From assembly GCA_943704425.1 (NCBI GenBank), contig CALSCP010000569.1, positions 1 to 61,864 of the forward strand: a DNA stretch of 61,864 nt, written 5' to 3'. Both the position numbers and the translations under genes were made by a program. Positions 1-12,900 of the stretch are shown piece by piece. Under the pieces are notes generated by a model that worked only from the letters and a program-made list of their open reading frames with translations, had not been told where the DNA came from and searched no databases. Each line of letters opens with the position of its first letter. The first letter of the stretch is position 1. Origin of the DNA: Ministeria vibrans ATCC 50519 (taxonomy: Eukaryota; Protista; Filasterea).

Positions 1-749
1 ATTTTGGAACAGCCAGAGTGTTTCCAGCTGAGGCATGTTTGCAAAGGCCGCCAGCGGCACACTACTAATGCCAACGTGCACAATTCTGAGGTCTCTCATT
101 CCTCGCAGTCCGCGTGAGAGAAGACAGTCGGGGTACGTGCCAATGGGATTTGTGTACATGTCGAGTTGCCACAGCACAGTCGAGTTGTCAAAAAGGGACG
201 CAGGTAGGCCGTCATTAGTGAGCCCATTGCTGTCAAGCCACAGGTTCACCAGCAAAGGCATGTGCCAGAAGGCGTTGGCTGGCAGCGCGCGCAAGGAGGA
301 GTGCATCAGTCCGAGGATAACCAAAGGACGAAGTGAAGGATTGTACAGCGCATCAGGATACCTGCTCAGTGGGTTGTGCGACAGATCCAGGTGAGTCAGT
401 CGGGTCAGGTTCTCAAACGTCTCCAGGGGCATCGCGTCTGCGGTGAGCAGGTTGTTCTTGAGGTTCAATAAAACTACAAGTTTGAAATAAAAAGAGATAT
501 CGCAAGGAAGGGCTCTCTCCGGCAAGCCTCGTTTCAACAGAAACCCCAGAAAGTGGAAACGCCTCGCACAGCTGTACCTGTCTTTAGTGGTAGTCCAGCT
601 GGAACTTGTCGCAATCCCAGGTTTTCGCAGACCACGACGTACTCGCCAACGTCGCGTGTACAAGAGCAAAGGTCGCAGGCATTTTGTGCAATGATCTGAA
701 GGAAGAAAGGGAGAAGCAGCGCTGCGGTGGGGACAACGCGAAGAAACAT
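1..749 (-). CDS. Secreted/membrane leucine-rich-repeat protein (5' part; runs off the window start)
   Basis: ATG at 749; signal-like MFLRVVPTAALLLPFFLQIIAQ; LRRNT cap CDLCSC...VVCENLGLRQVPAGLP; GT-AG intron 474-577; then repeats LNLKNNLL, LTHLDLSHNPL, LVNLWLDSNGL, LWQLDMYTNPI. Confidence 0.85.
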
Positions 750-1271
750 GGGAGTAGAGGAAAGAGGTCGCAGAGTGTGGTAGGACTGAAGTAGGACTTT
801 AGCACAAAATTGATAATAATAATAAATAATAATTGTCAAATGACCTGAATAGTGAATTATGAAGGAATTCTGAAATATACTCACGTCGCACTGACACTTC
901 CACTCCGCAGGCCGAGATCCCTCTGCGCCCGTACGTCAACATGCGCTCAATGAACATTATCCCAAGCCAGTGTGAGACGGCCGCGGTTGAGCCACGAAAT
1001 ATCAAACTCGCCTCCAACCGAACTCCAACCCGCCTTCCACCCGCCTCTACCCCACCCCACGCAAGGCGCGTACAAGACGGGTTGCTGCGTACCACCGCTA
1101 TCAAAAGCCGATCCACAACGTATTCAACAGGTGACCCTGTACTCGAGCGAGCGGGTGTGGTGTCTTTGCCGCTTCGTTATGAGACAACAGTCAATAAGAA
1201 TGCGTTCAATCGTAAAAAGTGAATATGGAGATAATGAGTAATGAAGTACATAGTCATGAGTAGATTTTTGT

Positions 1272-2087
1272 TCAAAGGTCGCGATCAAAGAGAAAGGCGA
1301 GGGAGTCGTGGGCACGGTCACGTGCGTACGGTGGGGCCATGTTTGGTTCGGCTGCGAGCGTCACCAGCGTGCCGTCGCTGCTCCCGTCAAACCACCGCCC
1401 AATACGCTTGTTGTCCTTGAGGTAGGCAAGTTCCTTCTTCTCCGGGAAATCGCCCCATCGCGTTCCATCGCCCGACCCGGCCGAGTCGAGCTTCACCACA
1501 AAGTCCTTTGCAAATGAAACACACATAGGTAAGGCAATTAATCCGAATAATTTGACTCAAATCAAATTGCAAAAGAGTAATACTCAACTCACAACACGTT
1601 GCAAAGACAGTCAACTCAATAGAATTCACGCGTCACACGAATCGTTAAAATGAGTCAACAAGAAAAAATAAATAAATAAAAACAAACAAACATCAATAAT
1701 GACTACGAACCTCAACGGGAAAGCACCAAGAGCAGTGCCATCCAGCGTACACTCGCTCCGCCCCAAAGCGCACCATAGCTCCCGGTTCCTTGTAGTACGG
1801 GGGGTTGCGGATGCGCTCGCCCTGGCGCCCTAGTCGGTCGCGGTAGTTGCGCAGTGTCGTGCCCATTGGCATCAGTGTGCCTCGCGGATTACGCCACAGA
1901 AACCCATAGTACGACCATCGCATCATCACCTCAAAATGTTGTGGAATGTTCTCAAAGTCACGGACAAAGTTGAGCACTCGCGCGTCCACAAGCTCGTCGG
2001 CGTCGCTGTACATGATAATGTCGTCGTCCTCCAGTTGGTCCTGTAGCACAGACGTATCATTCATCATTCATACACGCATGCCACGAC

Positions 2088-2120
<33 letters not shown>

Positions 2121-3286
2121 NNNNNNNNNNNNNNNNNNNNNNNNNNNNNNNNNNNNNNNNNNNNNNNNNNNNNNNNNNNNNNNNNNNNNNNNNNNNNNNN
2201 NNNNNNNNNNNNNNNNAAAAAAAAAAAAACAGAAACAGAAACACCACACAAACCCTTTTCAATTACCTCCACCACTCGCACACCCGTGTCAATCGAGTTG
2301 CGCATCGCATCGAGAATGCCCCACCCCGACTTTCCTTTGCCGGTGGGCACATCGTTCACAACCACATGAACAATCTTGGGTAAGAAGCGTCGAAATCGGT
2401 CTAGGTGCTGCACAAAGCGCAGCGGATTCGGCTCGTCGTTGTGCGTCTTGCGGCCCTCCACAATCACATGCACGTCCACTGCACTCTCCAGCTCGTTCAG
2501 ACGAATTTCCAACATGTCCATCTCAATATTCAGCAAGAAACAATCCACGATACGCCGACGTTTGGCACGCCGTCGCGGAGGTGTCTTGACAACAATCGAC
2601 TCAATCACCTGCCAATGCATCATATTGATAGTGTCACAACAACGCATTCAATCGTTGACGACACATTACCCGTGGATACGCACACTCGGGGCCGGTGTAG
2701 CCGTCAACACAAACACAGGTTCCACCTTCTCGTCGTTCCGTCCCGTCAGTGTGGCAAGTGACATCGTCTTCCGTGATGAAGCTGCACCAACATTGAACAC
2801 AAGCGTCACAAACAAAATCGCAAACTGAAGGCTATTTTCATAGAGATCCGCTTACGAGACTTGGCGTTCCGGTATCCTGGGCGTGCCCTCCACTTGGACA
2901 AGCTCGTCGAGCACCACCCCCTCGGCAAGGGTCGCCGGTAAGTGAAAACCATTTTGCTGCGACCCTTCGTCCGTTCCTTCCCCCTCCTGCGCCTCCTCAT
3001 CCGCCTCCTCCTCCTCCTCTACAGCATCCTCTACATCGCCTTGGAGCTTAGGCATCCCCCCATCCGCCTGAAGTCCGTCCGTCTGTCCGCCTCCTTCTTT
3101 CTCATCAGCAAATCCTCCTCCCACTGCATTGTCCTGCATTGCGGTACGCTCATCTTTCACCGCTGCATCCACTATCGCCCGCTCAGGGGCAAGTTGACCA
3201 AGTGAGCGCACGACGAGCAAAACGATGCCGAACGTAAGGGCAAACGCAAATAGTACAAGTTTCACTTTCAGTCGAATCACTGTCAT
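1272..3286 (-). CDS. MGAT3: GT17 beta-1,4-N-acetylglucosaminyltransferase III-like (MGAT3-like), multi-exon, spans an N gap
   Basis: Type II anchor (LVLFAFALTFGIVLLVV), acidic stem, motifs NIEMDMLEIRLNEL..VDVHVIVEG, DDIIMYSDADE, GWHCSWCFP and TRWGDFPEKK...GRWFDG. Confidence 0.85.
2121..2216. other. Assembly gap flanked by poly-A
   Basis: Run of N. Confidence 0.99.
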
Positions 3287-3648
3287 CCTCCCTCAAAAAG
3301 TCACTGTCTTGAGGAGCAGTGTATACAACAATACGGAGCAACGCTCCAACTTGAATCAAATTAAAAGTGCGAACAGTAAAAATAATCGATTTTCTAAGAA
3401 AAGAAGAGATTTAAGAGAATAGAGAGAATTAAAAGTTCCAAACAGTCATTGAGGAACCAAAATGAATAATACTAAAAACCCCACTGTCATTATGTCAATG
3501 TCATGAGGCCCATGGGCCATGGCTATTGACTGTGAATAAATAAATAATGTCTGTGATGTGTAACTGATGACGGTATTTCAATAATTATTATAATTATTAC
3601 ATCCATCACAAAAGACAAAAACAAACAACATAATTGTAATAATTATTA

Positions 3649-6600
3649 CTATTCGAGTGACTCTTCGACGACATCGCCTTCGTCTTCGTCGCTGTCGGGC
3701 CCTATGACCATGTAGCCGTCGTCATCAACCTCCTCTCCCGTTTCATCACTCATAATCTCATACGCATTGTCAGCACCGCTTCCAAAGAGAACGGGTCGGG
3801 GCGTATCGTACGCGGCCGAGGTATGCGAGGCAGTGGGGACTGCCGTTGAGACGATTCCACTCTGATGGCGCTCCATCTCCGTCTCCTCGTCCCATTCGTC
3901 CGAAGAGAAGTCGTCGTCAGAGGAGAGTGGACGTGGTCGAGGAATGAGTGCAACCATGTCTGCCGACAGCCGAGTTCCCACTGCGGCTGGAAGGCCCTTC
4001 GTCGTCGATCCCTTCGACTTGCTCTTCTTCGACTTTCGCGCTCGCGGTGGCGCCACAGGCACTGCAGGTTTGCTCGAGGGAGGTGCCGTGACAGACGCTA
4101 GACGACAGCTAGGCGATTCGTTGCCAAAGCTGGGAGGAGCCGGGACAGCGACCATTTTTGCACCAACAACAGCAGGTGCAGCAGTGTCGTCATCGTCATC
4201 GTCAATGGTCATGTACAGCGGCTCGTTGGTGCTCTCATCAAGCGCTTCGCCTGTGTCCTCATGCGCCATTGTCACCAGAGTTGGTTGAGCGACCACACTG
4301 ACAACGTCCTGCGACGCCGTCTGAAACGGCAATGGACCATACGCGTCATAGACGGCCGGCATTCCAGAGGGCTTGTTCGACGGCACGGACGGCGCGGGTG
4401 CGGATGTGGGTGCGGATGCGAGTACGGGTGCGGGTGCGGGTGCGGGTGCAGATTGCATCGTCGCCACTGATGGGGTTGTTGCTGCAGCTGTAGTTGTTCT
4501 TGCAGTAGGTTTCGACGTGGCCACTGTAGGGGGCACTTTCGCATTAGCTTTGACTGTTGGTTTGGAAGTAGGGAGTGCAGGGGGCAATTTGGCTTTGGGG
4601 CGCGTTGCAGGTGGTGGCACAACAGCCTTCTTTTTCACTGCCAACGCCAACTGCGCAGCAAGACTGTCCATGACCGGTGGTGCCGCCGGTTGCGCCGGCG
4701 TTGTCGTCGTCGTTTCGTCAGCCGGCTTTAGTCGCACCGCAGCCAGCTGGGATGCCAAACCGCCCAACTTGGGCTTCGCTTGCACTGTCGCGTACGCCGC
4801 ACTCGTTGCGCTCTCGTCCTGCCCTGCTGCCGCCGACTCTGCTTCGAGCCGAGCATGCTCGGCACGAAGCTTGGCAATACGCTCTTCGTGGTCCCTACGC
4901 TCACGTTCCAACGCCTCACGTTGCTCCTTCTCCTCCGCCAACAGGCGAGTTTGCTGCTCGAGCAGAGACACAGCAGTCGCCGCTTGCGCCTCATCCGCCC
5001 GGCTCAGTGCCAGTCGCTTAGCTTCCACCTCAGCCACTGCTTCGGCGTGCTCCTCATCAATCTCACTGATTCGTCGTGCGGCTGCCTCCTCCGCCCGCAG
5101 TCGCATCTCATCTGCCTCCAATCGACTCACGTAAATTTCACGCTCTTGTGCTCGGAAACTCTGTCGCAACCGCGAGCGTGACGATGCCTCGGTGGTCTTC
5201 AGCGTCTGTTCCTGTTCCTGCTGCAACTGCTCAAGTCGCATACGTTCCTCTTCAATCAATGCCGCCTGCCGAGCAAGCTCCTCCGCCAATACTTGCTCCT
5301 CGTCAGCACGCTGACGCTCCTCGATGGCCTTTTGGCGCTCCAGCAACTCCAGTTGCTCTTGGTAGTGTTCACGCTGCAGCTCAAGCATCTTCTCTTCGTA
5401 GACAGCCCGTTGTAGGCGCTGCTGCTCCTCAAACTCAACGCGAGCTTCCGCCTCCTTTTGCTGCAGACGCGCCTGAAAGTGTTCAAAGCGCTGCTGTGCG
5501 TCCCATTCCTGCTCAAGCAGGTGTCTCTGCTCGCGTGTCAACAGTGCCTCACTTCCCACCGACAGACGGTTTCCTTTGGTTGATTCACTGACGGACAGAA
5601 CGGCACCACTGCCGCTGCTAATGGTCGACGACGTGCTTGTGCGACGCTTCGCCATGTACATTTGTCGCTGGCGTTCGCGTTCTTCAATAAACTCTCGCTC
5701 GAGCGCCACCTGTTCCCGTTCCCACTCATCTTCTTCCGCACGCAGACGTGCCTCTTCCTCTTCGCGAAACTTTTGTGCTGCCGCCTCGCGACGTTGCAAC
5801 AGCGCTTGTTTACGGCGTTCAATAGCGTCCTGTTGAGCAATCAGTCGTTTTTCCGCTTCGCGTTGGCGCTTCTGCTGTTCTTGCTCCACTCGACGAGCGG
5901 CTTGCTGGCGTTGCCACGGCTCTTTGGCCTTGACAATGGGACCACGCGGTTTGCTTGTCGGTGGTGCAGGTCGCACAGGCGCCGCTGAGCGCGTCGCCGT
6001 CGTCGCCGTCGTTGTAGGTGGAATAGGCCGTGCAGGCTGAAACAAACAGAAAAGTCAAAAAAAAAATGCATTGAAATGTCAAACAACCTTTGTGGAAGGT
6101 AGAGGTGGACGGGCGGGAATGGTTGCTCGGCGAGCTGCGGGAGCAGCGTTGGCAGGTCGTGGAGAAGAGTATGGTACGGAAGAGGGAGGGGCACGGGATG
6201 CGGGGGGAGGGCGAGCGGGTGGTGCGTGCGTTGTCGCCCTGCGAGCCGTGGGAATTTGGGCAGGCGGTGTTGGCTTTGTCAGCTTTGTTGCAATTGATAG
6301 CACAGCTGTCTTAGGGGCAACATTGACTGCGGCTGTAGACGGTGGTACTGGTGTTGGCGAAGTAGGCTCCAACGTGAGTTTGGCATTGACAGAAGCGGAC
6401 AACTGAGCGGACTTGGCGGCCCAAGCCGGTGTCGACGGTGACGTTGACGTCGCCTTTGGCGTAGAAGCTGAAGTGTGGATTGACGGTGTTGGTGGTGGTT
6501 GGGTGGGTGTAGACGAGTGCTTCATGACTTTGGCACTTGCGGTCAACTGGGCTGATTTTGCAGCCCACGTCGGCGCAGCCACTGAGACGGTTGTCGGTGT

Positions 6601-7164
6601 CGCCGTCGAAGTCGCCGTCGAAGTCGATGGTGATGGTGACGTAATTAGTTTCGATGTGGGTGTGCTCGCCGTGAGTTGGGCGGACTTGGCTGCCCAGAGA
6701 GGAGGTGTGGAAGGTGTCGCATCACTTGTTGTGTTTGTTGCGTTTTTGGAAGCATTCGCTCGGATCGCAGCAAACGTTGACGAGAGTCCGGATGACGACG
6801 ACGGTTGAGTTGTCGGTGCTTGTGACCCGCTTGCAGGGGATGAAGCAGGGGCGTTTAGAGGTGACGGTGGCGCTGAGGGGGAGGGCACACTCCGTGTTGA
6901 TGATGCCTCGCGCTTCCAGGGCGGCACTGGCGCAGACGAAGGCGTCGTTGTCGAAGGCGTCGATGGCGTCGACGGTGTACTTGGATTTGCGCTGCTTGTC
7001 GAGCCAGGCGGTAAGGCTGCTGCTGCGCCATTGGCTGCGGCAGCGGCTCCAAACAGCTTCGGTGCACTTGTGCGACGGCCAAACGGATTTCGCGGCTGCT
7101 TCTCTTCTGCCTTCTTCGGCTCGAACATAGACCGACTAGCGGCAAATGGATCACCATCGCTCAT
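3649..7164 (-). CDS. ~1150-aa Pro/Ser/Thr-rich, coiled-coil, WH2-like adaptor protein with an acidic tyrosine-motif tail
   Basis: ORFs 6079-7164 and 3649-6045 are joined in frame by a 51-nt GT-AG intron (6037-6087). E/Q/R-rich coiled coil; GLASQLAAVRLKPA WH2-like motif; PxxP tracts. Confidence 0.7.
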
Positions 7165-7291
7165 TACAAATGAATGAATAGGGAAAAATGAGCAGTCCCT
7201 TATGGCTTATCGCAGTAGTAAATATAAATAATTACAACTGTCAACTACACTAAACAGTTTGTTTTTGACTCTTTAAAAATCAGCAAAACGT

Positions 7292-8937
7292 ATGAAAACC
7301 CTGATCGTTCTGGCGATTGCCGCTGTGGCTTCCGCTTCGGTGGAGCACTCGTCGTTCTATGGATGGATGCGCAAGCATCAGCCGGCCATGAGTGCGTCGG
7401 AAATGCTTTTGCGAGCAAACTTGTTCGAAAGCACCAAAGAGCGTGTGCGCAGGTACTCGCAGGACCATCGCCTGGAAGGCAACTTCCATGTTGACCACCC
7501 TCATGCGGCCAAGAGCTTCGAGGTACACGGGGGAACTCGTCTTTTTGTTTTTCTGGTGTGTGTTGACACAAAGTTACATTCAGGAAATGTCCGCTTACGC
7601 CAAATGCTACAAGGCGGGCAAGTCCACGACCATCCCCGAGGTGATGCACTTTGATGGCGAACTGCCCGAGACGGTGGACTGGCGCACCAAGGGCGTTGTG
7701 ACGGGCGTAAAGGATCAGGTTTGTCTTTTTCTCGTTTTTTTTGTTTGTGATTGTTCGTTCTCGCGCACAATTTACGCACCGTCACACGCTGCCTAGGGTG
7801 ACTGTGGCGGGTGCTGGGCGTTTTCCTCGACTGGCAATCTCGAAGGACTGAATGCGCTCCAGACTGGCAATCTGACGTCGCTCAGTGAGCAGAATCTGAT
7901 TGACTGCAGCAACGCACCGACACATCCCAACTCGGGATGCGACGGTGGCCGCGTCGACGTGAGTTTGCCCTTTCTTTACAATTCATCAGTCTCTCACTAT
8001 TCGCTAACGCTTCTTCTTCTTCTTCTTCTTCTTCTTCTTCTTCTTCTTCTTCTTCTTTTATGGTTCTACTCAAGTGGTCGCTTATGTATGTGAGCGAGAA
8101 CAAGGGAATTGTACGAATAATAACAACATTGTCGGCAATGGAAACAATGTTAAGATTCATTCCTTTGCTACTAGGACACGGAACAGTCGTACCCGTACAC
8201 GGCACGCGACGGCTCCTGTCATTTCGACCGCGAGGTGTGTAATAGCAAAATCCTTTCGCTGCCACTCAGTGTCTCCTCCGTGTCTTTTTTTCATTAGAAC
8301 GTTGCGGGTACTTGCACCGGGTACAAACAAGTGCAGGAGAGAAATGAAACCGCTCTTCAAGTTGCCGTTGCGACCATCGGGCCCATTTCCATTGCAATCG
8401 ATGTGACGGATCCTTTTGCGAACTACCACAGCGGCGTCTTCTACGACCCAGACTGCCAGAGCGGCGAGATGAACCTGGACCATGCCGTCCTCATTGTGTA
8501 CGTCCCCATATTTCTTATTCATATGCCTCTCTCTCTACCACCTTTACTCTTTAACGCTTTGTTTTTCTCTCTATCACTTTCTATCACTAATAATTGATAA
8601 TTATTATTAATAATTTATTTTTGTTTTTTTTCTCCTCTCCTCTCTATCACTTTTTTTTCTCCCTTCTCTCTTTCTCTCTCTCTATCTCTTTCTGCAGTGG
8701 GTATGGCGTTGAAGAAGGCAAAAAATATTGGCTCGTGAAAAACTCATGGGGCGCCAGGTACTAATAATTTTATTGTCCAATGGACAAAATCGCAATTCTC
8801 ACATTGTGTTTGTGTGTGGCTCTCTCTCGCTCTTTGTTGTGACCGTTAGCTGGGGCGACAAGGGTTATATCAAGATGGCGCGTGACCGCGACAACAACTG
8901 TGGGGTGGCCACACAAGCTTTTTATGGCACCCTCTAG
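7292..8937 (+). CDS. Cathepsin L-like papain-family (C1A) cysteine protease
   Basis: Signal peptide; [19 protein letters not shown]; catalytic [16 protein letters not shown] and YWLVKNSWG; C-terminal [20 protein letters not shown]; multiple GT-AG introns. Confidence 0.95.
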
Positions 8938-9253
8938 CGCGCCTGTCCTTCTGCTTTTAGGATTTTTCTAACGTTGAGTAAAGTGTCCATCTTTGCAGAG
9001 ATTTACCCTTTCAAGCTATCCATCTTTTACGCATCTTTAACCCGCGTGCACTGTGTGTAAAACTTGTATTTTTTAAGGCTCTACTTTGAGTCTCGTAGCA
9101 ATCAATCTTCCTGTGTCTGTACCCTTGCAAGAGAAATAATAAAATTAATAATAAAAATAATATTATATAATTATTCGTTCGTTTCCTCTTCGACCACAAT
9201 TATTCTTTTCACTGAATTAACTGATTTAAGTGTTTATAGCAATCAAATTTCTC

Positions 9254-9436
9254 ATGCTTGAAGCGGGAAGCTTGGTGTGGTGCATCACCAGCGCCGACAA
9301 CCGAGTCCCGTTTGTCGCAGCCACGCTGGTGGAAGTGAGAAATTCCAATGGCACCGCCATCGTCAAAGAGTCGGGAAGTCGCAAGGAATTTTGCGTTCCG
9401 CTGCGCAACGTCTTTCCCGCCGTTCGAAAGGCTGAG
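9254..9436 (+). CDS. 61-codon exon resembling the myosin N-terminal SH3-like domain; in phase with the importin-4 exon at 9916
   Basis: MLEAGSLVWCITSADNRVPFVAATLVEVRNSNGTAIVKESGSRKEFCVPLRNVFPAVRKAE ending at a GAG|GTATGC donor. Confidence 0.5.
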
Positions 9437-9857
9437 GTATGCTCTCTCGCCTCCCCACTAACCTCTTTAAATCAACATCCTCAAAAGTTGCTCTGCAATG
9501 GAATTTTGAATTTTTCAGCGGCATCCCATTCAAAAAACGGGCCGGCAATTCTTAAGTCCGTTCTCGAGCGCCCCTCCCTCCCTCTCGTCTCCTCCGACCT
9601 TCTCCATCGTCTCCTCTGTACACCCTGCCATCCTGCCACTACTTGCGTTCTCCCTCTCATCCCTTTTCATCAACCTGGCACTCGAAAAAAAAAGAAAAAA
9701 ACGAGAGAGAAATGCTCTGCTCCTCTCGTGACGGAAACCCCCTGCGAAACACACCAGGCGCCTGGCGCGGACCCACTGCTGCATGCTGCTGTTCAAGCCC
9801 AGCAACCCCCCTGCCGAGCGTGCTTCTCTTTCAAAACTTGCTCTACTCTCAATCTTC

Positions 9858-9896
<39 letters not shown>

Positions 9897-9915
9897 CTGA
9901 TTGTCCCTCGTGTAG

Positions 9916-12900
9916 GCGACAGATCGCATGAAAGTCGTGTGCGCCGATCCCAGCTGCATCCCAGCTCTGGCCCAGGCTGCCTGTGCGCAAGATGGCGGCA
10001 TGTACGTGCCTGTGGACGCCCATTGAGCAATCCGCGTGCGACTCAACACATTCCCTTTCTTTCTCTTATCAGTGACTACGCAAGCGCCGGAAAGCGCCAA
10101 CTGGCTGCGGTGCTTCTTCGTCAACGAATCGGTATGCTTGTTTCATATTTTTTTGTACGTTAAACCGTTTTTTTTTGCGCTTTTTTTCGCGCTCAAATGA
10201 CATTTTTTTATTCATCTTTTTTCTCGCTTGTTTTCTCTCGCACGCATCTGTAGTGCGTTTGTGGATGAAGGTTGACGCGGACACACACGCTGCTCTTCGT
10301 GCGGCACTCCTTAATGTATGTGAGAGACGGATGAAAAAAAAACCGTTTTTTCTGTGCGACGTGACTGACTTGTTGATTGTTTCTTCATTTTCAGGGTTGT
10401 ATCGCCGAACCAGTGCCTATCGTGAGCCACTCGCTCGCCGTGGTTGTCAGTGTCATTGCCAAGCTGGATTTGCCCGCGAACCGATGGCCTGAGCTGTTGC
10501 CTACGCTGTACCAGCTCATCCAACAGGGCAGTGCGCTCCAGCAAACTGTTGGTGTCTACATTTTGAGGTACACTATGCTTGCGCGCTCTCTCTCTTTTTT
10601 TCTCGTCCCGTCATCTACTGCTCTATTATATCGCGCTCAAACTTGCAATTATTATACCCCACGCAAATTATTGAGCTGAACGAAGAGCAAAGAATCATTT
10701 CCCTCTGAAAATCAGTCGAATCGTCTCACAGTGGCCTTTCGATTAATCACACTTTGGGTACAACTCTTTAACTCTTTATTTATTTATTGTTTTCAATTGT
10801 AGTCGTCTATGCGACGCAGCGGGCGAGTACATGGCAACTCACATGGCGGCTCTGATCCAAATGCTGTCGCAGACATTGAGTGCGACAGAGCCAGAGTCCA
10901 TGGACGCCGCACTATACGCCATGGACATTGCCGCCTCCCTTGTGGGCCATGTTGACCAAGCCAACGTACAGCCGTTTCGGGCTCTCATTCCTCTTGTAAG
11001 ACACTCGGCGTGTATGTGTTTTTTTGTGTATATGTATGTGTGACTAATTATAATAATAGTTTTGTGGAGTCATCACTCGCTATGTGAACCATCTGCCCGA
11101 CATGGACGAAACAGCTCTTTTACGCTCCATGGACGTCTTTGACAGTTTATTGGACGTTGAAGAACTCAAAGTACGCGATTCAATCAAACTCGAACATACA
11201 ACGTTTCTTACGCATGATTGTGTGTTTGCTTTAGGTTTCAAGTTCGGATGTCAAGTCGCTTGTCGAGTTTTTCATGAGTCTGATGCAGATGCGACACCTG
11301 GGAAGCCGTACACGCGCTAAGGCCATGTTTTTCCTGCAGACGGTTGCGTACAACCGCAAACGACTGCTCGTCAAGTCAGGTCTGCTCTCGTCGGTCGTTC
11401 AACAACTCCTGATGGTCATGGCAGTACGTTTTCATACCATTATTTCTATAAAAAAAGTGTCACGTTTTTATTCCCTCCCTCCTCTTTTTTTTTTAAAGGA
11501 AGAGACGGCGGCAGAGGAGGAAGAGGAGGAGGAAGAAGGCGAGACACGCGCTGCGGTGTATGCGTCGCGTGCTTTGGATGACTTAGCAATGAATCTTCCG
11601 TCCGAGGCGATTCTTGCGACTGTTGTGCCGCTCGTTCAGCCGCTCGTCTCCAGTGCGAATCCTCGTGAACGATTCGTCGCTCAAAGAGCACTGGGAAATC
11701 TGGTGGAAGGCTGTTCGCACCAGATTGGCCAGGATGAGGCGCTTCTATCGCAGTTTGTGTCGGCTGTCGTGGGCGGTGTCAACGATCCCGAGGGCAATGC
11801 GGAAGTGCGTGAGGCCGCGTGCTTCACCATCTCCCTTCTCTCCTGCCATGTTCAGCCTGCCATGTGTCAGTACACCGACTCAATGGTGCCCGTGCTCTGC
11901 TCGACGATTGCCAGCGCAGAGGTAAACACAAAAAATATGTTAATAAAATGGCTTCTAAACTACGTCTTATTGTTTAGGTTCAGTCAAATGAGGACTTGTT
12001 TTATCACTCCATGTTTGCCCTGGAGTGCTTTTGCGAGAACCTCAAGAACGACAACATTTTGCCCTACCTCGAAGGTCTCATGGGCCAAATGTCGCTCATG
12101 ATCGCCAACGGGAGTCTGGCAGCTCAGGAGAAGGCGCTGTGTGTGGTCGCAGCGGCTGCCGAGAGCGCCGGCGAAAACTTTGCTCCCTTTTACGACTCGG
12201 TGACTGCCCATCTAATGAGCATTCTGCAGGCAGAAACGACCATTGAAGGCATGGGACTCCGTTGTCAAGTAAGATTGATTATAATAGTTTGTTCAACACA
12301 CAATCATAAACTCAAGCTTACTCATCGCGCTTCGTCTCATTTCACTTCTAGGCTACGGATACACTGGGAACTCTTTTGACTGCAATGGGACCGGCCATTG
12401 TGGAGCGCGACGGACTGACGATCATTCAATTGGGCATTGATGGACTGAGTCGCTTCAAGGACGAGCAACAGTTGCGTCAAGTGACGGTGGGGCTCTTTGC
12501 GTCCATTGCACACAGTCTTGGCGTGGCATTTACGCCCCACATGGAGCTGGTCATGCCGTTGCTCATGGCGTCGGCTGTGTGTCAGGAGGGCCGTATTCGC
12601 CGCAGCAAGGATGACGATGAGGAGAACCAGGTGGTCATCGACTTTGAAGACGATGACGACGACGACGAGTACGACGATGCCAATGTCGAGGACTTGCCGT
12701 CGTACATTGACGAGAAAGTGACGGCCATGAATGCCCTTGGGAATGTGTGCGAGGCGTGCTTTGGCGCCTTCTTGCCCTATCTCGAGCAGACCATCCGCGT
12801 CATTGTGCCATTTTGTGAGCACCAAGCAGCCGAGATGCGCAAGGCGAGTCTGTTTGCCCTCGGGCAAATTTTGCGGTCAGCCATTGAATTTGCGCACATG

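Noticed and set aside
799-1241. ORFs upstream of the LRR gene
   Set aside because: No recognisable protein. A donor-like site near 884 suggests a 5' UTR exon instead.
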